Of a stretch of 64,000 nucleotides of DNA, positions 40,589 to 51,236 are shown piece after piece. Numbering within the stretch: the stretch's first letter is position 1; the number at the start of each line of letters is the position of its first letter. Position numbers and translations under genes: made by a program. The notes under the pieces were generated by a model. The model did no database searches. It saw nothing but the letters and a program-made list of their open reading frames with translations, and was not told where the DNA came from. Source of the DNA: an uncultured Planctomycetota bacterium (lineage in GTDB: Bacteria; Planctomycetota; Planctomycetia; Isosphaerales; Isosphaeraceae); assembly GCA_963823665.1 (NCBI GenBank), contig CAWGMQ010000010.1, positions 1,472,001-1,536,000 on the forward strand, given 5' to 3'.

Positions 40589-41503
40589 TTACGATCGACG
40601 ACCGCCGAACTCATCCGCGTGCAGCGACACAAATTCGCGGACGCTCATCGGCGACCGGCCGGTCACCCGCTCGACGCCGTCTGCCATCCGGTCATACCGA
40701 CCCGCCCGGTTCAACTCGGCCATCGTCACCAGGTGGTGAGTCAGGTGCTCCGGCAACCCCGCACTTTTAAGCGCCCGTTCCCAATCCTCGGGGGCGATGT
40801 CAGAGTAGCTGATCTCACGATCGAGCGCCAGCGAGTACTCCCGGGCAACTCCGTGCATGTCCTGCGACTGCGGACCGGTGAGCTCGTAGATCCGGCCCAG
40901 GTGCGGCCCAGGGTCGGCGAGGACGGCGGCGACTACCCGAGCGACGTCAGCCGACGAAACCGGCGAGGTCTTGCCCCGCCCGAACGGCAGCTCGATGCGG
41001 CCACGGTCGCGGACGCTCGTACCGGTGAGGGGGAGGAAGAAGCCCTCGAGGAAGACGGTCGGCCGGATGGTGACGACCGGCAGGCCGGACCACGCGAGCG
41101 CCTGCTCGGCTAGCCAGTGCTGCCGTTGCTGCGGGCTCGGGGTGGTGTTGTGGATGCTCATCTGAGAGACGGTCATCTGGGACATGTTGACCAGGGCGTC
41201 CACCCCGATTTCGCGGGCGACCGCCGCCATGGTCACGCTCGCCTCCAGGTATACAGGCGAAACGGACATGCCGAAGTAGACCCGCCGACAGCCGCTGACG
41301 ACGCGATAGACGTCGGCCGGTTCGAATAGGTCTCCGACCACCACCTCGGCGCCGGCGGCACGTAAGGCCGCGGCGCGATCATCCTCGCGGCGGACCATGG
41401 CGCGAACCGGGAGCCCGCGCTCGAGGAGCAGGATGGTCACGGTTCGGCCGACCGCGCCGAGTTGACCGGCAGCCCCGGTTACGAGGATCGGGCCGTCACT
41501 CAT
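40589..41503 (-). CDS. NmrA-like NAD(P)-binding protein
   Basis: ILVTGAAGQLGAVG, EVVVGDL, IRPTVFLE, YELTGP. The ATG overlaps the stop of the upstream remnant (TGATG). Confidence 0.9.
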   Translation of the reverse strand: MSDGPILVTGAAGQLGAVGRTVTILLLERGLPVRAMVRREDDRAAALRAAGAEVVVGDLFEPADVYRVVSGCRRVYFGMSVSPVYLEASVTMAAVAREIGVDALVNMSQMTVSQMSIHNTTPSPQQRQHWLAEQALAWSGLPVVTIRPTVFLEGFFLPLTGTSVRDRGRIELPFGRGKTSPVSSADVARVVAAVLADPGPHLGRIYELTGPQSQDMHGVAREYSLALDREISYSDIAPEDWERALKSAGLPEHLTHHLVTMAELNRAGRYDRMADGVERVTGRSPMSVREFVSLHADEFGGRRS

Positions 41504-41770
41504 CAAATTCGCAAGACCTGGCACGTCTGCTCATAGCTTGCCTCGAGCGCGAGCGTCACGTTCTGGGTCTCCGACAACAAGACCGGTAGAGAAGGCAGCG
41601 GCTGGCCGATCGCGAGCGGATAGGACCAGGTATCCAGGCTCGTACGCTGATCACGCAACGGCATGGGGCCTCCTCCGGTTGATTATAAACAGTGCGGTTC
41701 CGCTGGACCAGTGACGCGGATTGAGGTGGGACCTCAGAGTCGATCCTTTCTGCCGATGAGTTTGCGTTCG
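41503..41770 (-). pseudogene. DUF4058-like C-terminal remnant, copy 1
   Basis: WSYPLAIGQPLPSLPVLLSETQNVTLALEASYEQTCQVLRI*; homologous to 49650-49965. Confidence 0.65.
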
Positions 41771-41880
41771 CATCCGCGAAACTTATTCCAATCTTCATCA
41801 CAGTTTCGTCGTCCGTCGACACGCCATGGATACCCTGCTCTCTCGTAACTGACGCTTCTCGTTCCAGGAGGATCTTCGAC

Positions 41881-42266
41881 GTGCTCAAGCATCGCGTCTC
41901 GCGTTCATCGCGTGGTTTTACGCTGATCGAACTTCTTGTCGTCATCGCCATCATCGCCGTGTTGATTGCTTTGCTGTTGCCGGCCGTGCAGTCGGCTCGC
42001 GAAGCGGCGCGCCGTGCCGCGTGCATCAACAACCTGAAGCAGATCGGTCTGGCGATGCTCAACTTCGAGAATTCGCGGCAGGTGTTGCCACCGACGTGGG
42101 CAATCAGCACGCCGCTGCTCAAGCCACCCTGTTCTATCCCGGCGGAGCGAATCACCTTTTCGCCGACGGATCTGTGCATTTCTTCAAACAGTCCACGGCT
42201 CCGTCCATCTTCGTCTGGCTGATCAGCCCGGCTGGCGGAGAAGTGATCTCGAGCGATTCGTATTGA
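41881..42266 (+). pseudogene. DUF1559 prepilin-type protein with a large internal deletion and frameshift
   Basis: [44 protein letters not shown] is joined out of frame to [15 protein letters not shown]...GGEVISSDSY. Confidence 0.85.
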
Positions 42267-42598
42267 TCGAAATCATTTTCGAGTACTCCGGCGACGGGGC
42301 CGATGCCCCCAAAGGTGCTGGGGGAGGACCATTTCGAGTCACCTCCAAGATCAAGGATGGAGCCTTTAACCTCATCGGCTACGCAGGCTCCGAGGGCATG
42401 CCCGCCGGAAGCTACAAAGTTGGCATATTGGCGACGGCGGGACGAAGCGAAGAGAATCTTTTCGGCCGGGAAGTCGTGCTTCCGAAAAAGGGGAAATCTG
42501 CCGTCTCGGTTAGCCAGTACGCCGATCCGAAAACCTCGGGTCTGACCTCTCAGGTCTTTGCAGACAAGCCAAATGAGCCCGTTTTCGATTTGAAGTGA
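42263..42598 (+). pseudogene. N-terminally truncated carboxypeptidase-regulatory-like partner of DUF1559
   Basis: GMPAGSYKV...YADPKTSGL..V....N...FDLK pattern; lacks the usual lipoprotein signal. Confidence 0.6.
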
Positions 42599-42963
42599 AG
42601 GCTGCTCGCGAAACGGCCGCGATTGTGGCTTGTCGATCTCGGCGATGATCGGGTGCACCATTGATCGCTCCTCCACCCCTTCTTGGAGCGTAATACTGGT
42701 CGTCCCTCATTCATAGTCGCTCGTTGCGCCGCGCGACAGCTTGAATCATGAAAACGGGGGCACCTGCGATCTTGTCAAGAGTCGATCGCTTTCCATTTTG
42801 CGGGGCGAACGTGGGTTTGCCTGTCAGGAGGTTTGGAGCCGGTCAACCACCGCGCCGACTCGTCGAAACATTCGACCGCGTGGTACAATTCGCTTTTTGT
42901 TTGAGGGCTTCCGAGGGGTTTCGTCAGATCGGAATCAGGGCCCTTCGGGATTGGAGCGGTGCC

Positions 42964-45900
42964 ATGAGCAGCTCGGCGCTTGTCGAATCGATTTTCTTCG
43001 CCGCGCTCGAGAAGAAATCGACGGCAGAGCGGCGCGTTATCTGGACGGAGCCTGCGGCGCCGACGCCGTGCTTCGCTGCAGGGTGGAACGGCTGCTGGAC
43101 GCCCATCCTCGAGCGGAGCAATACCTGGCACAGCCTGCCGTCAATCGTCTTGCCTTCGACCGAGACGATGCGGCTCGGAGCTCGAGGAGTCCTGTTTCCA
43201 CGAGCAGCACCGAAAGAATCCCAGAGAATCCCGACGCAGGTGACGACTTGTTCGACACGCTCGCCGACGAGGGGGCCAAACGTGGGGCGGCCGCCGCGAC
43301 AGTCGAAGAAACACGCCACGCGCCGGAGCCGACTGAGCGAACCGACGGCGACGGACCCAACCGCGACCTGCCGCGCGGCGCCGTCGGCCAATACTCCGGC
43401 GATCACGAGATTCAAAAGGACCTCGGCCGCGGCGGCATGGGCGTTGTCGACCTAGCCGACCAGGCGAGCCAGAGTGGGCCCGCGAGCCTCCAAAACGGCG
43501 ATCCCTCCAGGATCGGGCGCTACCGGATCATCCATCGGCTCGGTCAGGGCGGGTTCGGACGGGTCTATCTTGCTCACGACGATGACCTCGACCGACCGAT
43601 AGCCATCAAGGTGCCGAACCCTGAACGAATCACCCATCCCATGGACCTGGAAGCGTTTTTCATCGAAGCCCGTGTCCTCGCCAAACTGGACCATCCCCAT
43701 ATCGTGCCGGTCTTCGATGTGGGTCGCACCGAAGACGGACTCTGTTTCGTCGTTTCCAAGCTTCTCGAAGGCAGCGACCTGGCGGTCAGGATGGGAGAGG
43801 CTCGACTCACCGTCCGTGATTCGGCGCAACTGGTTGCCACCATCGCCGACGCCTTGCATTACGCGCACACCCGAGGGCTGGTCCACCGCGACATCAAGCC
43901 TGCCAACATCCTGATCGACTCTTGCGGCAAACCCTGCGTGGCGGATTTCGGGCTTGCCCTAAAGGATGAGGACTTCGGCAAAGGTGGGGGGCTAGCGGGC
44001 ACGCCCGCCTACATGAGTCCCGAACAAGCCAGAGGCGAAGGGCACCGGGTTGATGGGCGATCCGACATCTTTAGCCTTGGGGTCGTGTTCTACCAGTTGA
44101 TGACCGGAAAGAGACCGTTTCGGGGTGATTCTCTCCTGGAGGTCATCGAGTCGATCATAAGCACCGAGCCTCGTCCACCTCGCCAGATCGACGATACGAT
44201 CCCCAAAGAACTGGAGCGGATTTGCCTCAAGGCGCTCGCAAAGCGGGCACATGATCGCTACACGACGGCCCGGGACATGGCGGAAGACCTTCGCGTGTTC
44301 CTCCAGAACGTAGGAAGCGCGGTCTCGGGTCCTGCGCCTGCGATTCCCATGAGCACCCTGGCCGGATCATCCCTGGAAACCTCTCCACGACCCGCCACCT
44401 CCAGGCAATCCGCCTCCGAAGGGCGACCGATCAAGATCGTTCCAAGAGGGCTGCGATCGTTCGATGAGCATGATGCCGACTTCTTTCTGGAATTGCTTCC
44501 CGGACCTCGGGACCGGGATGGTTTGCCTGACAGCATCCAATTCTGGAAGCGAAAGATCGAGCAGCTCGACCCCGAAGGGAACTTCAAGGTCGGGCTGATC
44601 TACGGTCCCTCGGGCTGCGGCAAGTCGTCGCTGGTAAAGGCGGGGCTCTTGCCCCGGCTCGGCAAGCATGTCCTCCCGGTTTACGTCGAGGCGACCGCGG
44701 AGGAGACAGAGGCTCGGATGAAGCAGGGGTTATGCAGAGCCTGTCCGGAACTGTCCCGAGAATTGGGGTTGGTTGAAACGCTTGCACACGTGCGGAGGGG
44801 TCGCACGCTGCCTCCCGGGCGCAAGGTGCTGCTGGTCCTGGACCAGTTCGAGCAATGGCTCCATGCCAAGCGGGGGGAGCAGAATACGGAACTGGTCGCC
44901 GCCCTTCGTCAGTGCGATGGCGAACACGTCCAGGCAGTGGTACTGGTGCGGGATGATTTCTGGATGGCGGCGACCCGGTTCATGAGGGAACTGGAGATTC
45001 GCCTCATCGAAGGGGAGACCTCGGCGGCGGTTGATCTCTTCGACCTTGATCACGCGCGAAAGGTGCTGGGGGCGTTTGGCCGGGCGTTCGGCAGGCTCCC
45101 CGAGAATGCGTCGGAAATCCTGAAAAACCAAAAGGAGTTTCTCAAGGAATCCGTGACTGGACTGGCGGAAGAAGGCAAAGTCATTTCCGTCCGCCTGGCG
45201 CTGTATGCCGAGATGATGAAGGGGAGACCCTGGACCCCTGCGAAAATCAAAGAAGTAGGCGGCATGAAGGGCGTGGGTGTCACATTCCTGGAAGAGACCT
45301 TCAGCGCCTCGACCGCGCCTCCCGAACATCGCCTTCACCAGAAGGCAGCCCAGGCGGTACTGAGAGCTTTGCTGCCTGAGACCGGCACCGACATCAAGGG
45401 GCAAATGAGATCACGCCAGGAATTGCTCGAAGCGTCCGGTTATGCGAACCGCCCCAGGGACTTCGACGACCTGATTCACATCCTCGACCGGGAGCTGCGC
45501 CTGATCACGCCCACCGACCCGGAAGGGGTGGCGGGTGACGAGTGGCGGGTGGCGGGAGAAAACGCCGGCCATAGCGATCCCGCCACCCGCCACGCGCCAC
45601 CCGCCACCCACTACTACCAGCTCGCACACGATTACCTGGTTCACTCACTGCGGGACTGGTTAACCCGCAAGCAAAAGGAAACCCGGCGAGGGCGAGCGGC
45701 GCTGCGGATGGCGGAGCGATCGGCGTCGTGGAATGCCAAACCCGAGAACCGCCATCTGCCGTCTGCGCTGGAGTGGGCGAACATTCGTCTGTTTTTCAAG
45801 AAGAAGGACTGGACCGAGCCAGAGCGCAAGATGATGAAACGGGCGGGGCGGTTTCACGGTTTGCGGTCACTGGCGTTCTCGGCCATGGCCGTTTTGCTTG

Positions 45901-48107
45901 TTGCCGTGGGCCTCTACATCCGGAGCGGCGTGGTCGAGGCAAACCAGGCCACGGCCGCAAGGGGCCTGGTCAAGCAAATCGTGAGCGCCGACACGGCCAA
46001 GATCCTCGATCTCATCCGGGCCATCAAAACAAGCGACCGCCGCTGGACCGATCCCGAGCTGAAACAGACCGGTGCGGAAGCGCCGGAAAACTCAAAGGAG
46101 AAGCTCCACGCCAGCCTCGCCCTGGTGCCCGTGGACCCAGGCCAGGTTCATTACCTTTACCGTCGTCTCTTGAACTCGAATCCCAACGAGCTGCCGGTGA
46201 TCCGGAAGGCTCTCGATGGTCATCAATCGGAGCTGGTGGAGAGACTCTGGGCCGTCCTGGAAAACACTCAAGCGAGCCCGGACCAGCGCTTCTGTGCCGC
46301 GTGCGCCTTGGCCGGCTACGTGCCTGGAGCGACCGAAGAGCGGTGGTTGTCTGCTTCCGGCTTCATCACCAAGAGGCTGCTCGAGTCGGTGAACAGGAAT
46401 CCCAGCGATTATGCGCCGCTCTTGGAAACACTGCGCCCGATCCGGGAACGACTCCTGACTTCGCTTTCGGCGACCTTCCGTGACGAGCAGCATCTCGACA
46501 CCGAGCGGTCGTTCGCTACCAACATCCTGACCGATTACGCCAGCGACCACCCGGCCGTACTGGCCGACCTGCTGATGGATGCCGGCCCCAAAGCGTATTC
46601 GGCATTATTTCCCGTCGTCCAGGGCCGGCAAGCCGAGACCGTGCCGCTTTTCCAGGCCGAGATCGGCAAGAAGGCCACCGACGGCCGGAAGGATGTGCCG
46701 CGCGACGGCGACGCATCATGGGCAGGGCTCGAAGAGGCGAAGGATCGACTGGCCCAGCGCCAGGCTCGAGCCGCCGTGGCGCTCGTTCGCCTCGGGAGAG
46801 CCGATCTAGTCTGGACGCTCTTGCGGCACAGCGCCGACCCCCGGCTGAGGAGCTTCATGATCAACTGGCTGAATCCGCTGGGCGCGGATCCGAAGCCGAT
46901 CGCCGAGGAGCTCCAGCGACTGGATTCTGCCGCCAACGCGGGCGCCGGACGCGTCGCGCCATCGGCCACAAGATCGCTGGACGCGATCCTGTTCGATCCT
47001 GAGACTTCGATGCGCCGGGCGCTCGTACTGGCGCTGGGAACGTGCGGCGCCGTTGGCCTCTCTTCCGGCGAGCGTGATCCATTGATCGCCAAGCTGCTTG
47101 ACCTGTACAAGAACGACCCCGACGCCGGCATTCACGGCGCGGTCGAGTGGACGCTGCGGCAGTGGAACGGGCAAGCGGGGCTCGCGGCCGCCGATGCCGA
47201 GCTGATCAAGCTCAAGGATCGGGGCGACCGCCGCTGGCTGGTGAACAGCCGGGGCCAGACGTTCACCCTGATTGACGGTCCGGTCGAGTTCCGCATGGGC
47301 TCGCCGCCGACCGAGCCGGACCGGTACGCCTCGAATGAGCTTCTACACCGCCGGATCATCCCCCGCCGCTTCGCCATCGCCGCCAAGGAGGTGACGGTCG
47401 CGGAGTACCAAGAGTTTGTCAAGGAGAACCCCGGAGTTGATCATGCCAACAATGACAGGTACAGCCCCGATCCGAAGGGGCCGATGAACGTGGTCTCCTG
47501 GTATCACGCGGTCGCGTACTGCAACTGGCTCAGCCGCAAGGAGAACCTGCCTGAATGTTATGAACCGAACCCGCAGGGCCAATATGCCGGGGAGATGAAG
47601 ATCCGCGCCGACGCCCTGCGGCGGACGGGCTACCGGCTTCCGACCGAGGCCGAGTGGGAGTGTGCTTGCCGGGCAGGAGCGAGCACCAGCCGTTCCTTTG
47701 GAGTGAACGTGGAGCTGCTGGGGCGGTATGGCTGGTATCTGCCTACTTCACAGGATCGCACCTGGCCGTGCGGCAGCCTGCTCCCCAACGACCTGGGGTT
47801 GTTCGACATGCTGGGTAACATATATGAGTGGTGCCAGGATCGATCGCTGCCCTATCGCCCGGATCGGGCTGGAATAGTAGTCGATGATACGACTATAGAA
47901 GAGTCCAACATTATCGATCGTGCAGTTCGGGGTGGGGCGTTCTACCTTCAACCGGCGGACCTCCGCTCGGCCTTCCGCGGCTCGAACGCGCCGACCCACC
48001 GCAACACCGACAACGGGTTCCGGCTTGGCAGGACTGTTGAATGCAAACCGCAGGACCAGGGGGGCGACCGAGGCCCGGACTTCACCCGCAAGAGCAATGT
48101 CAATTAA
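42964..48107 (+). CDS. Ser/Thr kinase + STAND-like P-loop NTPase + TM + helical repeats + FGE-sulfatase (SUMF1/CLec-fold) domain; frameshift near 43030
   Basis: Start MSSSALVESIFFAALEK is in another frame. Motifs: LGQGGFGRVY, HRDIKPAN, DFGL, YGPSGCGKSS, LVLDQFE, LAHDYL, FRMGSP, YRLPTEAEWE, NDLGLFDMLGNIYEW, RGG...GFR. Confidence 0.9.
45526..45609. repeat. 84-bp inverted repeat built from GTGGCGG/CCGCCAC heptamers, inside the CDS
   Basis: 32-nt arms at 45526-45557 and 45578-45609, 30 of 32 complementary, 20-nt loop. Confidence 0.9.
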
Positions 48108-48179
48108 CTCAATACGTTGACCAATCCAGTGGACGTTTGCACCTATGTTGCGCTCTGCGTCTCAGGGTGTCGTGAAAGC

Positions 48180-48290
48180 GGTCATCTGGGACATGTTGAC
48201 GAGGGCGTCCACCCCGAGTTCCCGGGGCGACCGCCGCCATCGTCACGCTCGCCTCGAGGTATCCAGGCGACACGGGCATGCCGAAGTTGA
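48180..48290 (-). pseudogene. About 105-bp diverged copy of an internal NmrA gene segment
   Basis: Aligns by eye to 41171-41277 (FGM.VSP.YLEASVTMAAVA). Confidence 0.85.
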
Positions 48291-48578
48291 ATAGATCGCG
48301 GGTTGAACTTTCCAGAGAATCTCCCGTCCTGGTTGTCTCCATCGCGGCCACTTCATTATGTTAGAGCAGAATTGGCCTATCGAGCGCCGAGGGCGGGCGG
48401 CAGAACAACCTCGACGGCCCCGACGACTCGCCCCCGCCGATCGTGACTGGGGCCGTCCGCGAGCGTTCGGCGATGAAAGGAACGACCACGGCCATCCATC
48501 ACTTGTACCGCGTATCCACCTTGGTCCGCGACGCGTCGCAACTTGACACGACCTGACATTGCCCAGGAGATCTTGGTG

Positions 48579-49133
48579 ATGACAATCGCCATTCGCGAAA
48601 ACTTCTTGACCACCGATGAGACCGCGGACCTCGCGCGCTTTGCGAGGATGTTTACGGGCTGGGATACCCAGGACAAGGGCATCTGGTATGGTCGCTTTGT
48701 GCATGTCGGTCACATCGACAATGTCCAAGTTCGCGAGCAGCTCTTGACCATCCGCAAGCGAGTCCGCGCCGAGATCGTGGGAGCGTACCAGCTCACCCGG
48801 CCTTTGTTCGCGGACACTTTACAGGTCGTGCGCTGGCCTGAAGGATCGGACCAGCGACCCCACGCCGACAGCGAGAACCCCGACGGCACTCCCCATCCGT
48901 ACGCCTGGCGCAGCTACGCCTCGATCCTCTACCTTAACGACGACTTCGAAGGGGGTCAGATCTACTTCCCCCAACTGGGACTCGCCCCCCCGATCCGCGC
49001 AGGAATGCTCGTCTTCTTCCCGGGGACCCTCGACTACGTACACGGCGTGAGCACGATCACCCGAGGCGTCCGGTACACCGTGGCTTCGTTTTGGACCTTC
49101 GACCCAAGCCGGCAGGACGGCTTCCCAATCTGA
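48579..49133 (+). CDS. 2OG-Fe(II) oxygenase (prolyl 4-hydroxylase-like)
   Basis: PHAD (HxD), ILYLNDDFEGGQIYF, HGV...G.RYT; GGAG RBS. Confidence 0.9.
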   Translation: MTIAIRENFLTTDETADLARFARMFTGWDTQDKGIWYGRFVHVGHIDNVQVREQLLTIRKRVRAEIVGAYQLTRPLFADTLQVVRWPEGSDQRPHADSENPDGTPHPYAWRSYASILYLNDDFEGGQIYFPQLGLAPPIRAGMLVFFPGTLDYVHGVSTITRGVRYTVASFWTFDPSRQDGFPI

Positions 49134-49649
49134 TGACGTCGCCAGCGGATTCGCACTTATCACTAAATCCTCACGCGGGCTTCGGCCGCACCCAAGGGGG
49201 AATTCATGATTCGAGCAGGAGTCATGCAACTGGCCTTACGGGGCGCTCGGCCAGTTGGAATGCAGGGGAGACAACAATGGGCCGGCACTCTCTTTGCGTT
49301 TCCTAGCCAGCTTTAAAGTTGTGGATCGCTTGCGAGGAGATGTTGAATATTCGGCGCGCTATAGCGTATCCATCCTCGGCGAGGTTTTCCGCCTAGATGG
49401 AGAAGATGCAGACCGGTCGCTAATCGGAGGGTTCACACGGATTGTGCAGGTGGCTGGGCGCTTTTGTGGATCATTTCGTCGGGAGAAGGATGGGACGCAC
49501 TTTCGCGGAGCGAAAGGCCACAATGGTCTTCTCGCGCGGGTCTGCGCAGCGCCAGCCCGAGAGCCCGATGGGCGGCTCCAGCCTTTGCGATCCCATGCCG
49601 ATGCGCAACTGGTCGCGAACGCCGGCGGGTCTGTTCCACGAAAAGGACT

Positions 49650-49965
49650 TCATGAAATCCGCAATACCCGGCACGTCGCTTCATAGCTTGCGTCGAGGTC
49701 GAGCGTCACGTTCTGGGTTTCCGACAACCAGACCGGGAGAGACGGGAGTGGCTGACCGAGGGCCAGGGGATGGGACCAGGTAGCCAGTTTGGTTTGTCGT
49801 TCGACTTCGCGCTTGCGGCATGTCACCGCGTAGATCGGTGGCACCAGTGTTCTGAACGCGGGGTCAGAGCGGCGCAGCATTGCAAGCAGCTCGGTGTAGA
49901 AGTTGAACTGGCGGATCGTGACCAGATCGGCGATCGACAAGCAGACGTCCTGGCGGAGCAGACGG
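49650..49965 (-). pseudogene. DUF4058-like C-terminal remnant, copy 2
   Basis: LLRQDVCLSIADLVTIRQFNFYTELL...LPSLPVWL...LDLDASYEATCRVLRI; begins right after the upstream gene's stop, with no start. Confidence 0.7.
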
Positions 49966-49967
49966 AA

Positions 49968-51236
49968 TCACCTGGCTCCGACGGGCAAAGTGAGCATCGG
50001 GCCCTCCTTCTTGTCTCCCGATTCTTGCAGTGCGAACACGACTTCCATGATCGAAAGGACCGACCGCGACTTCACATCGTCGGCGGCGATAAAGAACCAG
50101 TAGCCGCGGTACGGTACGGCCACCTCCGCGCAGCGGGGCCGGTGTTTCTGCACGTGGACGACGAAGTTGCCGGCGAGGATGTGCGTCCAGTCGTAGAGCT
50201 CACCGTCCTCGTCGAGCGTCACCGGCGCGACCCCGGAGACGATGTGCGCATCGGGGACGAGCACGCCTCTCGATAGAAAGGTCATGATCTGCAAGATGGA
50301 TCGCATGTTCAAATAGATCGTGTCGTGTTCCGCGTCTTCCGGCTTCGGGGCCAGGGGCTTTCGTGTGTTGATCTCCTCGGTTACATCCGACTCGATCCAG
50401 TAATTCTTCAGCGTTTTGTTCAGGCGGAAGATCCGCCGCATTTCGTCCGCTTCGGGAGACTCTTCATGAATCCGGAGGCAAACTCGTTTTTCGCGCTTGA
50501 GCACGACCAACTGGCCGTCTGGCGCGTTACGGTAGACGAAGCCAGCCTCGGCGGCTTGAAGAACGTCGCGCGCCTTCACCGTGGCCCTGGGGATCGGATC
50601 CGAGGCGTCACTGGTCTCCTCTGTTGTCGCGAACGCCAGATCGGCGACATTGCGTTTTCTGAGCGATGAAAGAAGCTGTATGCCCCGGATAAAATCCGCG
50701 TTGTCATCAGGGCCCGAGGGAATCAGAGTCGTGGCACCGGGCGCGTTGGGAATGTCGTTGATGTCGTCCATGCAGAACAACAAGAGCTGTTCGATGTTGG
50801 CGCCGGCGTTGACGACGTTGAAGAGGTCGGGCGACAGCGGAGTGAGGAGCGCCTTGGCGATCTCGGTCCCCTCGCGGGGATGGTAGCTCAGGGTAGGCGT
50901 GTCGCTGAGAGAGAGCAGACCCGTGCCGAGGCTCGCCGGGCCCATCGCCTGGTTGCCGTAACCCCCCAAGTAGGTGCCGCTGCCGGCCATCTGGAACTGG
51001 CTGGTGATGTTGGGCAAGTCGATGAAAATCGGGGAGTCGGCATAGCGGAGCCGCACGATGTTCAACAAGAGCTGTTCGCTTGTGGTGTAACGGACGACCT
51101 CGTTGTACCGCAGACGGGTGAGGCGGACCGCCGTGGGGCCAACACATCCGCTCAGGCAAACAGAAGCGGCGAGGATGATGACCCGTTGTTGAAACCGCCC
51201 GCGCGGGAGCGTCGGACGCCGACTCCGATCATCCAT
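49968..51236 (-). CDS. Hypothetical lipoprotein
   Basis: Lipobox LSGC; EQLLLNIVRLRYADSPIF, PTLSYHP, VPYRGYWFFIA, terminal P.LTLPVG; GGAG RBS. Confidence 0.75.
   Translation of the reverse strand: MDDRSRRPTLPRGRFQQRVIILAASVCLSGCVGPTAVRLTRLRYNEVVRYTTSEQLLLNIVRLRYADSPIFIDLPNITSQFQMAGSGTYLGGYGNQAMGPASLGTGLLSLSDTPTLSYHPREGTEIAKALLTPLSPDLFNVVNAGANIEQLLLFCMDDINDIPNAPGATTLIPSGPDDNADFIRGIQLLSSLRKRNVADLAFATTEETSDASDPIPRATVKARDVLQAAEAGFVYRNAPDGQLVVLKREKRVCLRIHEESPEADEMRRIFRLNKTLKNYWIESDVTEEINTRKPLAPKPEDAEHDTIYLNMRSILQIMTFLSRGVLVPDAHIVSGVAPVTLDEDGELYDWTHILAGNFVVHVQKHRPRCAEVAVPYRGYWFFIAADDVKSRSVLSIMEVVFALQESGDKKEGPMLTLPVGAR

Noticed and set aside
42741..42963. Long N-terminal extensions predicted by the ORF track (also 35335, 18212, 59666, 62586, 14721)
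   Set aside because: Family-typical N-termini, most with RBS-like motifs, point to downstream starts.
25510..48107. FGE domain of the giant kinase as the maturase for the nearby sulfatase
   Set aside because: The domain lacks the catalytic Cys pair of true formylglycine-generating enzymes, and the genes are 15 kb apart in unrelated contexts.
48109..48351. The NmrA-like duplicate downstream of the FGE domain as a DGR template repeat
   Set aside because: It copies the NmrA gene rather than the FGE variable region, its mismatches are not adenine-specific, and there is no RT gene.
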